Notes: generated by a model from the sequence alone, not told the origin. DNA of 39,549 nt from a virus (IMGVR_UViG_3300048577_000134:1-39549), one strand, 5' to 3'; counted from the first letter of the stretch, positions 1 to 8,388 are shown. Program-made: numbers and translations.

Positions 1-92
1 CGATACCAGGCCAGGAGCGCAGCCCGGAAGGCTTCGACCGTTGGCTCAGAACTTCGGGCGCTGGATTTCATCCTTAATTCAGCAGAAAGAAT

Positions 93-123
93 AGCCACGA
101 AAAGGCACAAAAAGACACAAAAA
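93..123 (+). repeat. Left arm of host palindromic (REP-like) element split by the prophage
   Basis: AGCCACGAAAAGGCACAAAAAGACACAAAAA is an imperfect inverted repeat of 39481-39511. Confidence 0.5.
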
Positions 124-140
124 CACGGACATATGGAAGA

Positions 141-144
141 CCTG
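141..144 (+). repeat. Left copy of putative 4-bp target site duplication CCTG
   Basis: CCTG immediately precedes TG(145); identical CCTG at 39424-39427 follows the terminal CA. Confidence 0.6.
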
Positions 145-150
145 TGAGTC

Positions 151-308
151 TTGCCAGAGGGTTTGGGACAGACCTTAAAAACCCTTAACCGCCCTTACTG
201 GGGCTGATTTCAGAGGGAAAATCGGGCGCCAGGCCTGTTATTTGGCCGGCGGCGCGGTTTGGGACTCGAAAGGGCCGAAGTCCCGGTGTTTGACAGAGGT
301 TTGGGACT
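151..308 (+). repeat. Left-end putative transposase binding sites (3 copies)
   Basis: TTGCCAGAGGGTTTGGGAC (151-169), GCGGTTTGGGACT (254-266), TTGACAGAGGTTTGGGACT (290-308). Confidence 0.75.
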
Positions 309-354
309 CTGTCCAGGCCTCCTTAAGAACGCCTGGAAAACACCATAAACGGGC

Positions 355-738
355 TTAAATGCCGTCGGCCTGCCCGCCACGGAACCGGCGGTGATACGCT
401 TGCCGGTATAGGTTGGCCCGCTTGATCATATCTGTCGCCTGGGCCTCAAATGAGGCGATGGCATGGTTGATCTCATCCACCGAGCAGGCGGACCAGAGTT
501 TATAGCCAGGAGAGCCAGGGAAGCTAACGACGACGGGAGCAGCGACACTGGCGATTTTCCTGACCTTGCGCTCGCTGACGCCTCCCATCATTGGGGCGAT
601 CTCTACGGCGGTCATCCAGCCTTTGTTTTTGTCGGACTTCGCCCCAACCGACAGCACGCAAACAAGGCTCTTTACTTGCTCAGGGGTCACTTCCGGAGCA
701 GGCAATTTGAGGCCTAGTTCTTGCGTTCCGTCGAGCAT
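355..738 (-). CDS. Putative winged-HTH DNA-binding protein
   Basis: WMTAVEIAPMMGGVSERKVRKIAS...PGYKL resembles a wHTH. ATG at 738 lies 1 nt after the upstream stop; 762 is an alternative start. Confidence 0.6.
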   Translation of the reverse strand: MLDGTQELGLKLPAPEVTPEQVKSLVCVLSVGAKSDKNKGWMTAVEIAPMMGGVSERKVRKIASVAAPVVVSFPGSPGYKLWSACSVDEINHAIASFEAQATDMIKRANLYRQAYHRRFRGGQADGI

Positions 739-739
739 G

Positions 740-1294
740 TCAGAATGGATCACCTTCGCCATTGTTTGCAGCCGCGGAAGCGACAGCGGGAGCGGCTGTG
801 ACGGTCGGGGTAAATGCTGGGCTTGGCTTGCTGTGATACCCAGTGCGCCGCGCATTGCGCGCCCGCATAGTCATGAGACGCTTGCCGATGGCGTCTGGGT
901 CAAGTTGCTCAAACGTCTCTCCTGCGGCCTTCTGTTGGCCCGCAAAGCGGTCTCTGCGCAGCTTTCCGCTGCCTTGGCGACCATACGCCTGGCCCTCGTG
1001 CCAATCGGCCTGCCTGGCCTTATTATAGGCCCTGTAATCGGTCATGCAGTCGACCCACGCGGCAGCCTTTTCCAGGGAGTCCGGATGCGCGATGTGGTCG
1101 AGATAGACAAACAGGGCCGTAATCTCATTGGGACCAAAAGCAGGACTGCTTGTGGTGACCATCGGACCGCGCACCTCGGACATGCAGAAGAGTACCTGGT
1201 CCCGGCGCAGGTCGTCGTCCTTTGAGTCCCAGCTCTTGGCGACGCAAGCCTTGCTCCAGAGTGAGAAATACCGGGTGCGAGTTGCGGGAGTCAT
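740..1294 (-). CDS. Hypothetical early protein (weak resemblance to Mu gp16/GemA)
   Basis: 184-aa ORF co-oriented with the early operon. The DDDLRR...TSS motif spacing is only suggestive. Confidence 0.6.
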   Translation of the reverse strand: MTPATRTRYFSLWSKACVAKSWDSKDDDLRRDQVLFCMSEVRGPMVTTSSPAFGPNEITALFVYLDHIAHPDSLEKAAAWVDCMTDYRAYNKARQADWHEGQAYGRQGSGKLRRDRFAGQQKAAGETFEQLDPDAIGKRLMTMRARNARRTGYHSKPSPAFTPTVTAAPAVASAAANNGEGDPF

Positions 1295-1327
1295 GTTGGT
1301 AGAGGGTTGATTTTTATTTTTTCGCCG

Positions 1328-1354
1328 ACGCCGCAGGGATAGGCCCTGCGGCGT
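1328..1354. promoter_or_regulatory. 11-bp perfect hairpin downstream of the VR2 hairpin
   Basis: ACGCCGCAGGG-ATAGG-CCCTGCGGCGT; no U-tract follows it on either strand. Confidence 0.55.
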
Positions 1355-1360
1355 GAAGGC

Positions 1361-1378
1361 GCCCTGCTTTCGCAGGGC
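1361..1378 (-). promoter_or_regulatory. DGR target-recognition hairpin/cruciform of VR2
   Basis: Minus strand GCCCTGC-GAAA-GCAGGGC starts in the stop codon right after the IMH, matching the GC-rich stem with GAAA loop known from BPP-1. Confidence 0.8.
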
Positions 1379-2196
1379 TAAACAAGCTCCAAGTGATCAC
1401 AGCAGGCGCGCGCCCCGAAGACGCTGTTGGAATCCCAGGGCGAATCGTACCAAACCACGCAACGAGAGCCGCAGTTCGCGCCGCCGCCCCAACTGCCGCC
1501 GGCCAGCGGAGCGCGCATCTTTTCTGCGCTGAGTACGTCGGTTGGATCACTCGCCGGATTGAGCCACACCCAGCGTGTTCCAGTCGCCTGCATTACGCCC
1601 CAGCGCGAGGTCCGAGGTGAATCGAGTTGGACGTTTTCCTGGTAGCCGTCCGGCGCCGAGCGCTCGCGCACTCCAACAGCTAGGCGGTGGTATTCGTCAA
1701 GCGTCGGCAGGCGCTTTCCTTCACGAGCCAGGAGGGAGACTGCCTTGAAGAGATTCAGGCCGGAAATAATGCGACCATTTCCGTCAGCAAAAAGCCAGAT
1801 GGATGACCAAAATCTGCCCTCGACCAAGGTCATGCCACGCGGGTCACGACAGAGCGGCCTCCATGCGGAATCCCAAAGCGAGAACGGATTCCACTGCGGC
1901 GTGGAGTCTCCTCCGTCGAAGGCCGGAGCGCAACTTCCAGGCGAGTAGAAGGCGCCGCCTACGACCTGGGAGGCGGGAGCATCGCTACCCGCATTGACGA
2001 GGGAGAGGTCGCCCTTCTTGGAGAGCGCGATGTCGTAGTTCTTGCCTGGGGTAAGGTCCGCTTCAACGTGGACGGAAGTTCCGGATTTGATTTCGACATA
2101 GCCGTCGGCGGTGATGACGAGAGCCTGCGTGCGTGCGCGCAGCTCGGATTTTTCGACCACATGGAAAAGTGGTCCGCGGGATAGTTTCTTGATCAT
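1378..2196 (-). CDS. Second (remote) DGR target: shortened Mtd paralogue with CLec-fold variable domain
   Basis: SLWD..WRP..DPRGMTLVEGRFW, GKRLPT..EY, TSRWGVMQATG..W.W and C-terminal GARACCDHLELV match BPP-1 Mtd motifs. Carries VR2. Confidence 0.92.
   Translation of the reverse strand: MIKKLSRGPLFHVVEKSELRARTQALVITADGYVEIKSGTSVHVEADLTPGKNYDIALSKKGDLSLVNAGSDAPASQVVGGAFYSPGSCAPAFDGGDSTPQWNPFSLWDSAWRPLCRDPRGMTLVEGRFWSSIWLFADGNGRIISGLNLFKAVSLLAREGKRLPTLDEYHRLAVGVRERSAPDGYQENVQLDSPRTSRWGVMQATGTRWVWLNPASDPTDVLSAEKMRAPLAGGSWGGGANCGSRCVVWYDSPWDSNSVFGARACCDHLELV
1397..1501 (-). repeat. DGR variable repeat VR2
   Basis: 105 nt align ungapped to TR 27486-27590 with 12 mismatches, all at TR adenines; all 83 non-A positions are identical. 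Confidence 0.96.
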
Positions 2197-2201
2197 GGGA
2201 T

Positions 2202-2471
2202 TTACTGTTTTGCGACGGGCACGACGGCATAGCCGGTGGACTCGTCAAAGATTTGCGGGCAGCGTTCGCGTGCCCAGGGCTCGATAAGTGAACCGGCGAC
2301 CTGCTTTGCGATGCGCTTGCTACGCGAAATCGCGCGGCGGGCGTCGCGCGGCTTGGTGAAAAAGACAACAGGCTTACCAGGGAGTAGAATTCCTCCGCGG
2401 CTAAGCCCGGACACGTTGAGCATCGAGCAAAGCTCGCAGCCCTTCGTGACGATGTATCCGCAGGTTTTCAC
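2202..2471 (-). CDS. Hypothetical protein
   Basis: 89-aa ORF tightly packed in the early operon (GTG start). Confidence 0.6.
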   Translation of the reverse strand: MKTCGYIVTKGCELCSMLNVSGLSRGGILLPGKPVVFFTKPRDARRAISRSKRIAKQVAGSLIEPWARERCPQIFDESTGYAVVPVAKQ

Positions 2472-2474
2472 GGG

Positions 2475-2597
2475 TTACTTGCGGTTGATCTTCACGCGGA
2501 AGATTGAGCGGATGGACGCTCCGGTTACTTCGACCAGGATGACGGTGCCTGCCCAGGTCCAGAAGTTGGAGTGGATGAACTGGAGGATTTCTAGCAT
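2475..2597 (-). CDS. Small single-pass membrane peptide (40 aa)
   Basis: MLEILQFIHSNFWTWAGTVILVEVTGASIRSIFRVKINRK; fills the gap between neighbours. Confidence 0.55.
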   Translation of the reverse strand: MLEILQFIHSNFWTWAGTVILVEVTGASIRSIFRVKINRK

Positions 2598-2601
2598 GGT
2601 A

Positions 2602-2736
2602 TCAGGGTTTTGATTGTTCGAGTTCGACAGGGATGGACTGCGGGAGGGTTGGGCCTTTTGTTGTTGCGCAAGCCGAGAGCATGAACAGCGCGGCAAGCGC
2701 GAGGGCGACGAGGCCCTTAGTGCGGTTTGTTTTCAC
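2602..2736 (-). CDS. Small lipoprotein (44 aa)
   Basis: GTG start overlaps the upstream TGA. Basic N-terminus, hydrophobic core and lipobox LSA-C. Confidence 0.65.
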   Translation of the reverse strand: MKTNRTKGLVALALAALFMLSACATTKGPTLPQSIPVELEQSKP

Positions 2737-3197
2737 GGTAGGATGATTTGCTGGACGGTGAGGCGCTCGGCCTCGGTGAATGTGAAGAAAGCCCGCTGCT
2801 GTGGCTCCCAGGCGCTCCATGAGCCATCCAGGATCCAGAGATTGACCTCGTGCCAGCCCTTGCCGTCGCTGCGCAGGTATTTGCAGGCAGCGACGGCGAG
2901 GCTTTCGGCTTCGGATGGCACCTGGTCGTCTGGCATCTGGCGGAACAGGTCTATTGCCTCAAGAGCAGCGCGGAGCGCGAAATGCTCGCACTGGTTTGCC
3001 CGCTTTAGCCAGGTGATCTGCCCTCGGGCTATCTCAAACTCCCATAGGTAGGTGGAGAACGGCCCCTCAACCCATTTGCGCGTGACCGCGCAGTAGCGGT
3101 CATTCATGAAGATCGGCCCCTGAATGTAACTGCACGGAAACTGAGCCGCCAAGGCGGCGACCAGTTCAGAGGAGGCGTAAACGCGGGCGGTGCTCAT
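2733..3197 (-). CDS. Putative papain/transglutaminase-like cysteine hydrolase (Agglutinin_C-like)
   Basis: QCEHFA ... WHEVN ... WEPQ follows the DCDDFA/HAxN/EPQ motif pattern. Confidence 0.6.
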   Translation of the reverse strand: MSTARVYASSELVAALAAQFPCSYIQGPIFMNDRYCAVTRKWVEGPFSTYLWEFEIARGQITWLKRANQCEHFALRAALEAIDLFRQMPDDQVPSEAESLAVAACKYLRSDGKGWHEVNLWILDGSWSAWEPQQRAFFTFTEAERLTVQQIILP

Positions 3198-3208
3198 GGC
3201 GTGTGGAG

Positions 3209-3739
3209 CTAGTTGGCCGCGGTTACGATCTTTCCGGCTGCCTCTTCGAGCTTCGGTTCGATGAAGAAAGCCTCGTCCTGAACAACGCGGAGGCCGACAG
3301 AGCGAAGGCCTTTGTCGTCGAGTTCTCCGCGCGTGTGCGCAGCCAGGACTCCCTCTTTATCGAGTTCTTCCTTGGTTCGAACGAAGGTGCGGTCGACGAC
3401 TTCGAGGACGCGCTTAAAAGTCCATCCAGAAATGGTCTTAAGCGTCGGGTTTCCGGTGCGAAATCCGAGGCGACCGTGCAGGAAGTCGATGGACTTTTTG
3501 TCAGCGAATTCCTCCGGGGTTGCTTCAGCCCATTGCTGGAGCAGACCGCTCTTCTGTTCGATCTGGCGCTCCAGTGCTTCGATGCGGCCCTCGTATTTCT
3601 GCCGGGCGGCGGTGATGTCCTGGTTGAGCTGGGCTTTTAGGGCATTGAGTTCGGCGGTATTGGCGGCGACCTCGCCGAGTGTTTGCTCGGCTTCGGAGCG
3701 GGTAGAGACGACTGAGCGTGTGAGGCGGATGCGTGTCAT
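3209..3739 (-). CDS. gam: Mu Gam-like host-nuclease inhibitor
   Basis: Coiled coil followed by KKSIDFLHGRLGFRTG, RTKEELDKE and GLRVVQDEAFFIEP. Confidence 0.92.
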   Translation of the reverse strand: MTRIRLTRSVVSTRSEAEQTLGEVAANTAELNALKAQLNQDITAARQKYEGRIEALERQIEQKSGLLQQWAEATPEEFADKKSIDFLHGRLGFRTGNPTLKTISGWTFKRVLEVVDRTFVRTKEELDKEGVLAAHTRGELDDKGLRSVGLRVVQDEAFFIEPKLEEAAGKIVTAAN

Positions 3740-3746
3740 GGTGTGG

Positions 3747-3995
3747 TTATGCTGAGGTTTTTACTGAGAGGATGGTGAGTTCGGCCAAGCGCTGTTCAGC
3801 GGACTGACGCGGAAGCGCCGGGATGCCGGAAGCCATTGGCTTGGGCTCGACGATTTCGACGTCGCCGAAATTGTGACGGGCGATGCGCGCGGCGTCGGCG
3901 GGAGTCGGATAGTTTCCGACGGCGTCTTCTGGTGATTCGTTCTCCTGGCGGATGGACCAGCCTCCGCGGTTGTTTGGTTCTACGAAGTATTTCAT
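3747..3995 (-). CDS. DUF2188-like small protein
   Basis: YFVEPNNRGGWSIRQE...YPTPADAARIAR pattern. Confidence 0.6.
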   Translation of the reverse strand: MKYFVEPNNRGGWSIRQENESPEDAVGNYPTPADAARIARHNFGDVEIVEPKPMASGIPALPRQSAEQRLAELTILSVKTSA

Positions 3996-4006
3996 GGGAT
4001 GTGGGC

Positions 4007-4288
4007 TTAGTTGTTCTTCTGTTCTGGGTCATCGAGCGGGCGGATGAGGCTCGCATTGTCCGGGTGGCGGATAAGGAGCCCGCGAAGGGAGAGGTAGCGC
4101 ACTGCTGCCGCGATATCCTCGGCGAATTCTCCGCGCTCGTAGTCGGTCAGGTCGTACCACCAGCCGCTGTGTTTTCCGGAGTGCCTATCTCCAGGCAGGC
4201 GCGTCTCGATGTCGCAGCGTGCGTAGCCGTAGGCGATCAGGCGCTCGACTTCGGCCAGCGACATGGAGGCGATCTTGCTGAGGGTCAT
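4007..4288 (-). CDS. Hypothetical protein
   Basis: ATGA-coupled start at 4288; 93 aa. Confidence 0.65.
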   Translation of the reverse strand: MTLSKIASMSLAEVERLIAYGYARCDIETRLPGDRHSGKHSGWWYDLTDYERGEFAEDIAAAVRYLSLRGLLIRHPDNASLIRPLDDPEQKNN

Positions 4289-4743
4289 GATGCGGCCCTC
4301 CTGTTCAGCTTCTCGACGCGTTCGGTGATGATAATCTTCTCTTGATATGAAGAGAACTCCACGAATCCACCTACGCGCAGACCTTTTAGGTTTGTTACCC
4401 TGCCTCCGCACCACACCCAGGATTGGAAGGGGGTGCAATCGAAGACAATTCCATCCCCGGCTATAACCCAGTGGAGGAAGTCCTGCCCCTTGTCTTCGAA
4501 GTCGATCTCGGTGAAGACTTCATTCGCGCCGATTGGGCGGGCGATAAAGGTGGATTCTGTCGTGCGCTCAATAACGATTCGCTCCACAGGCAAGAGCAGC
4601 CACTTGGCTGCTGCTCTCAGCGCTGCCGAGAGTGCGTCTGATGTGCAGCTGGCTGTCTTCGCCTGTTTGCCGCTACCTGCGCGTGCGTGGTGTCCGTCTC
4701 CGTGCGAGCGGACTGTGATTTCGACGGAAATGGAATCGCTCAT
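4285..4743 (-). CDS. Hypothetical protein
   Basis: ATGA-coupled start at 4743 with GGAGG RBS; 152 aa. Confidence 0.7.
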   Translation of the reverse strand: MSDSISVEITVRSHGDGHHARAGSGKQAKTASCTSDALSAALRAAAKWLLLPVERIVIERTTESTFIARPIGANEVFTEIDFEDKGQDFLHWVIAGDGIVFDCTPFQSWVWCGGRVTNLKGLRVGGFVEFSSYQEKIIITERVEKLNRRAAS

Positions 4744-4967
4744 GACGCACCTCCCATCAAGAGCCGCTCCGGGGTTACTGCGCGGTACGCCGCGATTGCC
4801 GCGTTTGCCAACTCTGCGGGCTGCCATCCAAAGAGGATCGACTTTGCTTCAGCTGAGTTTTCCATGACGATATCTTCGACCAGAATTTCTACGAGAAACG
4901 CGGTGTATTCTTCGTCGGTCCAGCGCTTGCGCTTACTGTTTTTCTTGCCGCTCATGACGCACCTCCC
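4737..4967 (-). repeat. 19-bp direct repeat at consecutive gene junctions (4737-4755 and 4949-4967)
   Basis: Minus strand GGGAGGTGCGTCATGAGCG occurs twice, each copy holding an RBS and the stop/start overlap. Confidence 0.85.
4740..4955 (-). CDS. Hypothetical protein
   Basis: ATGA-coupled start at 4955 with GGAGG RBS; 71 aa. Confidence 0.65.
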   Translation of the reverse strand: MSGKKNSKRKRWTDEEYTAFLVEILVEDIVMENSAEAKSILFGWQPAELANAAIAAYRAVTPERLLMGGAS

Positions 4968-6127
4968 TCGTCGTCTTCGTCGGCGATTACCGGCACAGGG
5001 ATCGTCGATGCTGCTTCGAGGTGGGATAGCTTGATGCACTTCGATTTCTCGTCGCGCGAGAGGCGGTACGCTTTCTGCAGCCGTCCGTAGAGAATGCGCT
5101 GACGACCAGGGAGGCGGCTCCATTCCTTCAGGATGCGCACGGAACGATCACCGCCGGCTATCTGCATGCGCTCGACAATGGCGCGCAGATCACGCATGGG
5201 AGTGTATTCTGGCAGCTCGTAGATGGTCTCAAGTCCACCCAAGCGTCCGACAAGCTGCTCGAAATAGGCCTTGTCCTGGCCGTCTCCGATGGCCCGCGTG
5301 AAGATTGGGGTCCAGGATAAGAAGATCGTGCACTGAGTGTCGTCCTGGAACTCCATGAGCCAGTCGATAGTCGCCTGGATCGCGTGCTTGCGCGGATCGT
5401 AGAGCTTCTGGAAGTTGTCGATGATGATCCTTCGCTTGGAGTTCACGCAATCAGCCAAACGCTCCATACGCTCAGAGCTGCCAGCTGAGAGAGGGACGCC
5501 GAAGGCCCACCCGAGCTTCATCAGGAACCTGGCCAGGGAGCCGCGCGTGGCTTCGATCCGCCGCGTCGATCCGTGGTTGCGCACGAGTTCGAGGCGTTTG
5601 GTCATGCGGCTCTTTCCGGTTCCAGTGCTGCCCACGATGGCGCCCCACTTGTTAACCGTCTCCGGGGCGCTGACCGCGTCGTAGTAGTCGAGTATTTCTT
5701 GCCAGGTCGGTGTCTCAATGAACGGCATGCCACCGGCTTCACTGTTGAAGATGGCCCAATTCCTGAGCCAAGCTGCGACTTCTTTCAGGTTCTCGATGGA
5801 CCCGAGCGTGCGGCTCGGGTTCTTTGGGTCCGGGCGGAAGTAGCGCCCGCTCAGTACCTGGTAGAAGTACTGGTCTGAGTAGTTGAGACGTCCTTCGTTG
5901 CGGACGAGATTGGCAATCTGGGCATATTGCCCGGAGAACTCCGTCTGATTTAGCGAGTAGATGAAGGCAACGTCCTCCTTCACCTCCTCGGGATAGTGAG
6001 CGATCTTGGCGTCGAACTGGCCGATGTCCTTGCGGATCACCATGCGTTCAGCCGTCTCGCTGTTGGGTCCCTTTGTGATGAGCTGGCTATTGCTCGTTTC
6101 GGGAATTTGTGTAGCGGTAGTAGGCAT
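4952..6127 (-). CDS. MuB-like AAA+ transposition ATPase
   Basis: Walker A GSTGTGKS, Walker B-like IIIDN, FEQLVGR motif; directly downstream of the transposase. Confidence 0.88.
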   Translation of the reverse strand: MPTTATQIPETSNSQLITKGPNSETAERMVIRKDIGQFDAKIAHYPEEVKEDVAFIYSLNQTEFSGQYAQIANLVRNEGRLNYSDQYFYQVLSGRYFRPDPKNPSRTLGSIENLKEVAAWLRNWAIFNSEAGGMPFIETPTWQEILDYYDAVSAPETVNKWGAIVGSTGTGKSRMTKRLELVRNHGSTRRIEATRGSLARFLMKLGWAFGVPLSAGSSERMERLADCVNSKRRIIIDNFQKLYDPRKHAIQATIDWLMEFQDDTQCTIFLSWTPIFTRAIGDGQDKAYFEQLVGRLGGLETIYELPEYTPMRDLRAIVERMQIAGGDRSVRILKEWSRLPGRQRILYGRLQKAYRLSRDEKSKCIKLSHLEAASTIPVPVIADEDDEGGAS

Positions 6128-6161
6128 ATCGGTTTTCCTTTTATCGGGGATTTACTGGTTA

Positions 6162-6202
6162 GGGCCGCGTGGTGTTGTCGCACTCGCGGCCCGTTTTCTT
6201 TT
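6162..6202 (+). terminator. Hairpin with T-tract between the A and B genes (terminator polarity on + strand)
   Basis: GGGCCGCG...CGCGGCCC stem followed by GTTTTCTTTT on the + strand, antisense to the operon. Confidence 0.4.
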
Positions 6203-6211
6203 CGGGGAAAG

Positions 6212-8386
6212 TTAGAGTTGGTCTTGCAGGCTTTGCAGACGGCGCGCGCGGTCTGCTGCGGCCTTGTTGTTTTGCTTTACGAGGCGCGTCTGCGCCTGGG
6301 TGCGCTGCTTGGACTCAACGCGAGCTTGCGAGGCCCCAGCGGCGAAAGATCGGCCCGCCCTGGCGGCGTCTTCCACGGATGCGTTATGCTCGCGCATGGA
6401 GATAAGCTCGGCTTCGTCTTCGGAGTGAACTTCTCGGATGCGTGCGAGGGTGGCGCGTTTCGGGGCGAGCGTCTCGGCATAGGCTTTACCGCGGGCTTCG
6501 TCGTCGGTTGGATCGACACCCTGCCATCGCGTTATGGTTCCTAGGTATTCGAGTGAATCCACCGGAGTGAGGTGGAGCGACTCGGGCTCGTCGTCGTAGA
6601 AGAACGCGCGATATTCTTTTCCGGGGACAAGGAGACCTTGGTCGACGCCCTGGGCTGAGTAGAAGACGAGAGAGTCAGCACCGTTGCGCTTGATGATGAT
6701 CTGGCGCTTGGTGGTGACGACGACTGGCTTAAGGGCGTCGGCAGCGAGCGGGATGAAGGCCGACTCGGGGATCGGGGTCCATTCCATCTCGGAGCGCAGG
6801 CGGATGGCACGCATTAGGCGGCTTTCCGGCTTTGTGCGGTGAATGATTTCGACGCCAGCGTCGATCAGGGCGCGCTGCTCTGGAGAGGGTAGCTGCCCAT
6901 AGATCGTCCAGTCGTCCTTCTCGCTCATGCGCCACTCGGTAACCTGCTCAAAGCCGCGGCAGCGGTGGTCGCGGAAGCGGTTCACGCGGTCGAAGATTTC
7001 GCGAACCTTGGCGACGGCGTCGACGTAGCGAAGGAATGGGAGGCGCAGCAGGTCGACATACTCGTCAGAGATCGCTTCATTGCTGAGAGTGGTCACGGCG
7101 TACTTTTCCATGTCGGGGAAGGCTGCGTGTCCATTTGTGCGCTCCTTAGAGCCGCGCTGGCCAGGCAGGCCGGACATTTCGTTTTTAATAAGGTTGAAGC
7201 CTGACTCGATCAGGCCCTTGCCCTCGGCGCGCCACTTGCCGCCGCTCTCGCGGAACCCGTGCTGGAGGATGAGCCCCTGGTTATCCCTGAGGAGGCCGGA
7301 GCGCTTGATCAGCACGCGGCCCTGGAAAGACTGGCGTATTACCTCTTCCACTTCGCGCGTGACGGATGCGGTGTTGTTCTCGACCAGGAGCGTGATGGTG
7401 CGGTCTTTTGGCAGACCGCGAAGGACACGCAGCAGGCCAATGATAAACCAGCGCATGTGCGAGGCGCCGAGGCTGCGGCGGGTGCCGTCGGGCATCTCGT
7501 CTCTCGGCATGATTGCGTGGTGTATCCACGCACCGCTTGCCCAATCCAGCGCGGCGAGGCCCATGCAGTAGTCGATGCCGCGCTTGTAGGCCACCTTGAA
7601 GGGAGCCCAGAAATCGTCGATGATGATGATCTGCCCGAAATAGAGCTTTGTGCGGTCGTTGATGATCTGCGCGAAATGTTCCTCGGCGGCTGCGACTCCA
7701 TGCCGCACCTCGGCCATGTGGGCGGGCTCGGGCAGGAGGCGGTAGAGCTGTCGGTCGCTCCAGCCATCGGGGAAGAAATCGGGCGGGCACTCCGACGGGA
7801 ATGGCTCTCCTGGGAAGCGCCGTTTGAATTCGTCTCTCCAGGTGCCGTAGCCGGGGATAGACTGTTTCCCCTCTGGCCAGATCGCGAGCTTGAGCTGTCG
7901 AAGGGCAGCGGCATCGCCCTGGTCGCGCTGGTATTGTCCGGCGAGGCGAGCGAGGAAAGCGACGAATCCAGGATGGTGTTTCTTGTCGCTCAGCCAGTAG
8001 TTCGGAACGAGAGCTTTCCAGTCACCGGCGCAGACGTAGTTCTCCGGGCGCTTGACGCCGCTCTTGTATCCGCCTCGTGAATATAAGCGGTGTTTGTTGA
8101 GCAGGGTCTTCCAGGAGAAATTGTCGATGCCGAGGAAACGGTCGGCTACCTCCATCGCCTTCGATTTCCGGTTCCTTGCGTGGTGAATTTCCTCGATTGC
8201 GGAGAAGGTGTCATTAACGAAGCGCTGCTGGCTGGCCGACAGCTCATCCCAGAAGGTTTGCAGCTCGTCGTCGGGCACGCGGAAGAGAAGGGTCATTCTC
8301 TCGGCGGGATCGGCCAACGCGGTGCAGGCGCTGGCGGCTACGAGCGGAGCGGGTGAGGTTGGGATGAGTGCGGCCTCTGTGCTCAT
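6212..8386 (-). CDS. MuA-like transposase (RNase H fold)
   Basis: 724 aa. GQIIIIDD, ALDWASG, LLVENN and GKGLIESGFNLIK match the catalytic core layout; upstream of the B ATPase. Confidence 0.85.
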   Translation of the reverse strand: MSTEAALIPTSPAPLVAASACTALADPAERMTLLFRVPDDELQTFWDELSASQQRFVNDTFSAIEEIHHARNRKSKAMEVADRFLGIDNFSWKTLLNKHRLYSRGGYKSGVKRPENYVCAGDWKALVPNYWLSDKKHHPGFVAFLARLAGQYQRDQGDAAALRQLKLAIWPEGKQSIPGYGTWRDEFKRRFPGEPFPSECPPDFFPDGWSDRQLYRLLPEPAHMAEVRHGVAAAEEHFAQIINDRTKLYFGQIIIIDDFWAPFKVAYKRGIDYCMGLAALDWASGAWIHHAIMPRDEMPDGTRRSLGASHMRWFIIGLLRVLRGLPKDRTITLLVENNTASVTREVEEVIRQSFQGRVLIKRSGLLRDNQGLILQHGFRESGGKWRAEGKGLIESGFNLIKNEMSGLPGQRGSKERTNGHAAFPDMEKYAVTTLSNEAISDEYVDLLRLPFLRYVDAVAKVREIFDRVNRFRDHRCRGFEQVTEWRMSEKDDWTIYGQLPSPEQRALIDAGVEIIHRTKPESRLMRAIRLRSEMEWTPIPESAFIPLAADALKPVVVTTKRQIIIKRNGADSLVFYSAQGVDQGLLVPGKEYRAFFYDDEPESLHLTPVDSLEYLGTITRWQGVDPTDDEARGKAYAETLAPKRATLARIREVHSEDEAELISMREHNASVEDAARAGRSFAAGASQARVESKQRTQAQTRLVKQNNKAAADRARRLQSLQDQL

Positions 8387-8388
8387 TG

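Noticed and set aside
140-144. 5-bp duplication ACCTG, or a left end at TG 143
   Set aside because: ACCTG requires a right end without the terminal CA. A 143 end leaves only a 2-bp repeat and breaks the TG-N12-GGGTTTGG symmetry. Disfavoured, not excluded.
1300-1354. Rho-independent terminator after the remote target
   Set aside because: On the transcribed minus strand the hairpin is followed by an A-tract, and on the plus strand the T-tract precedes it.
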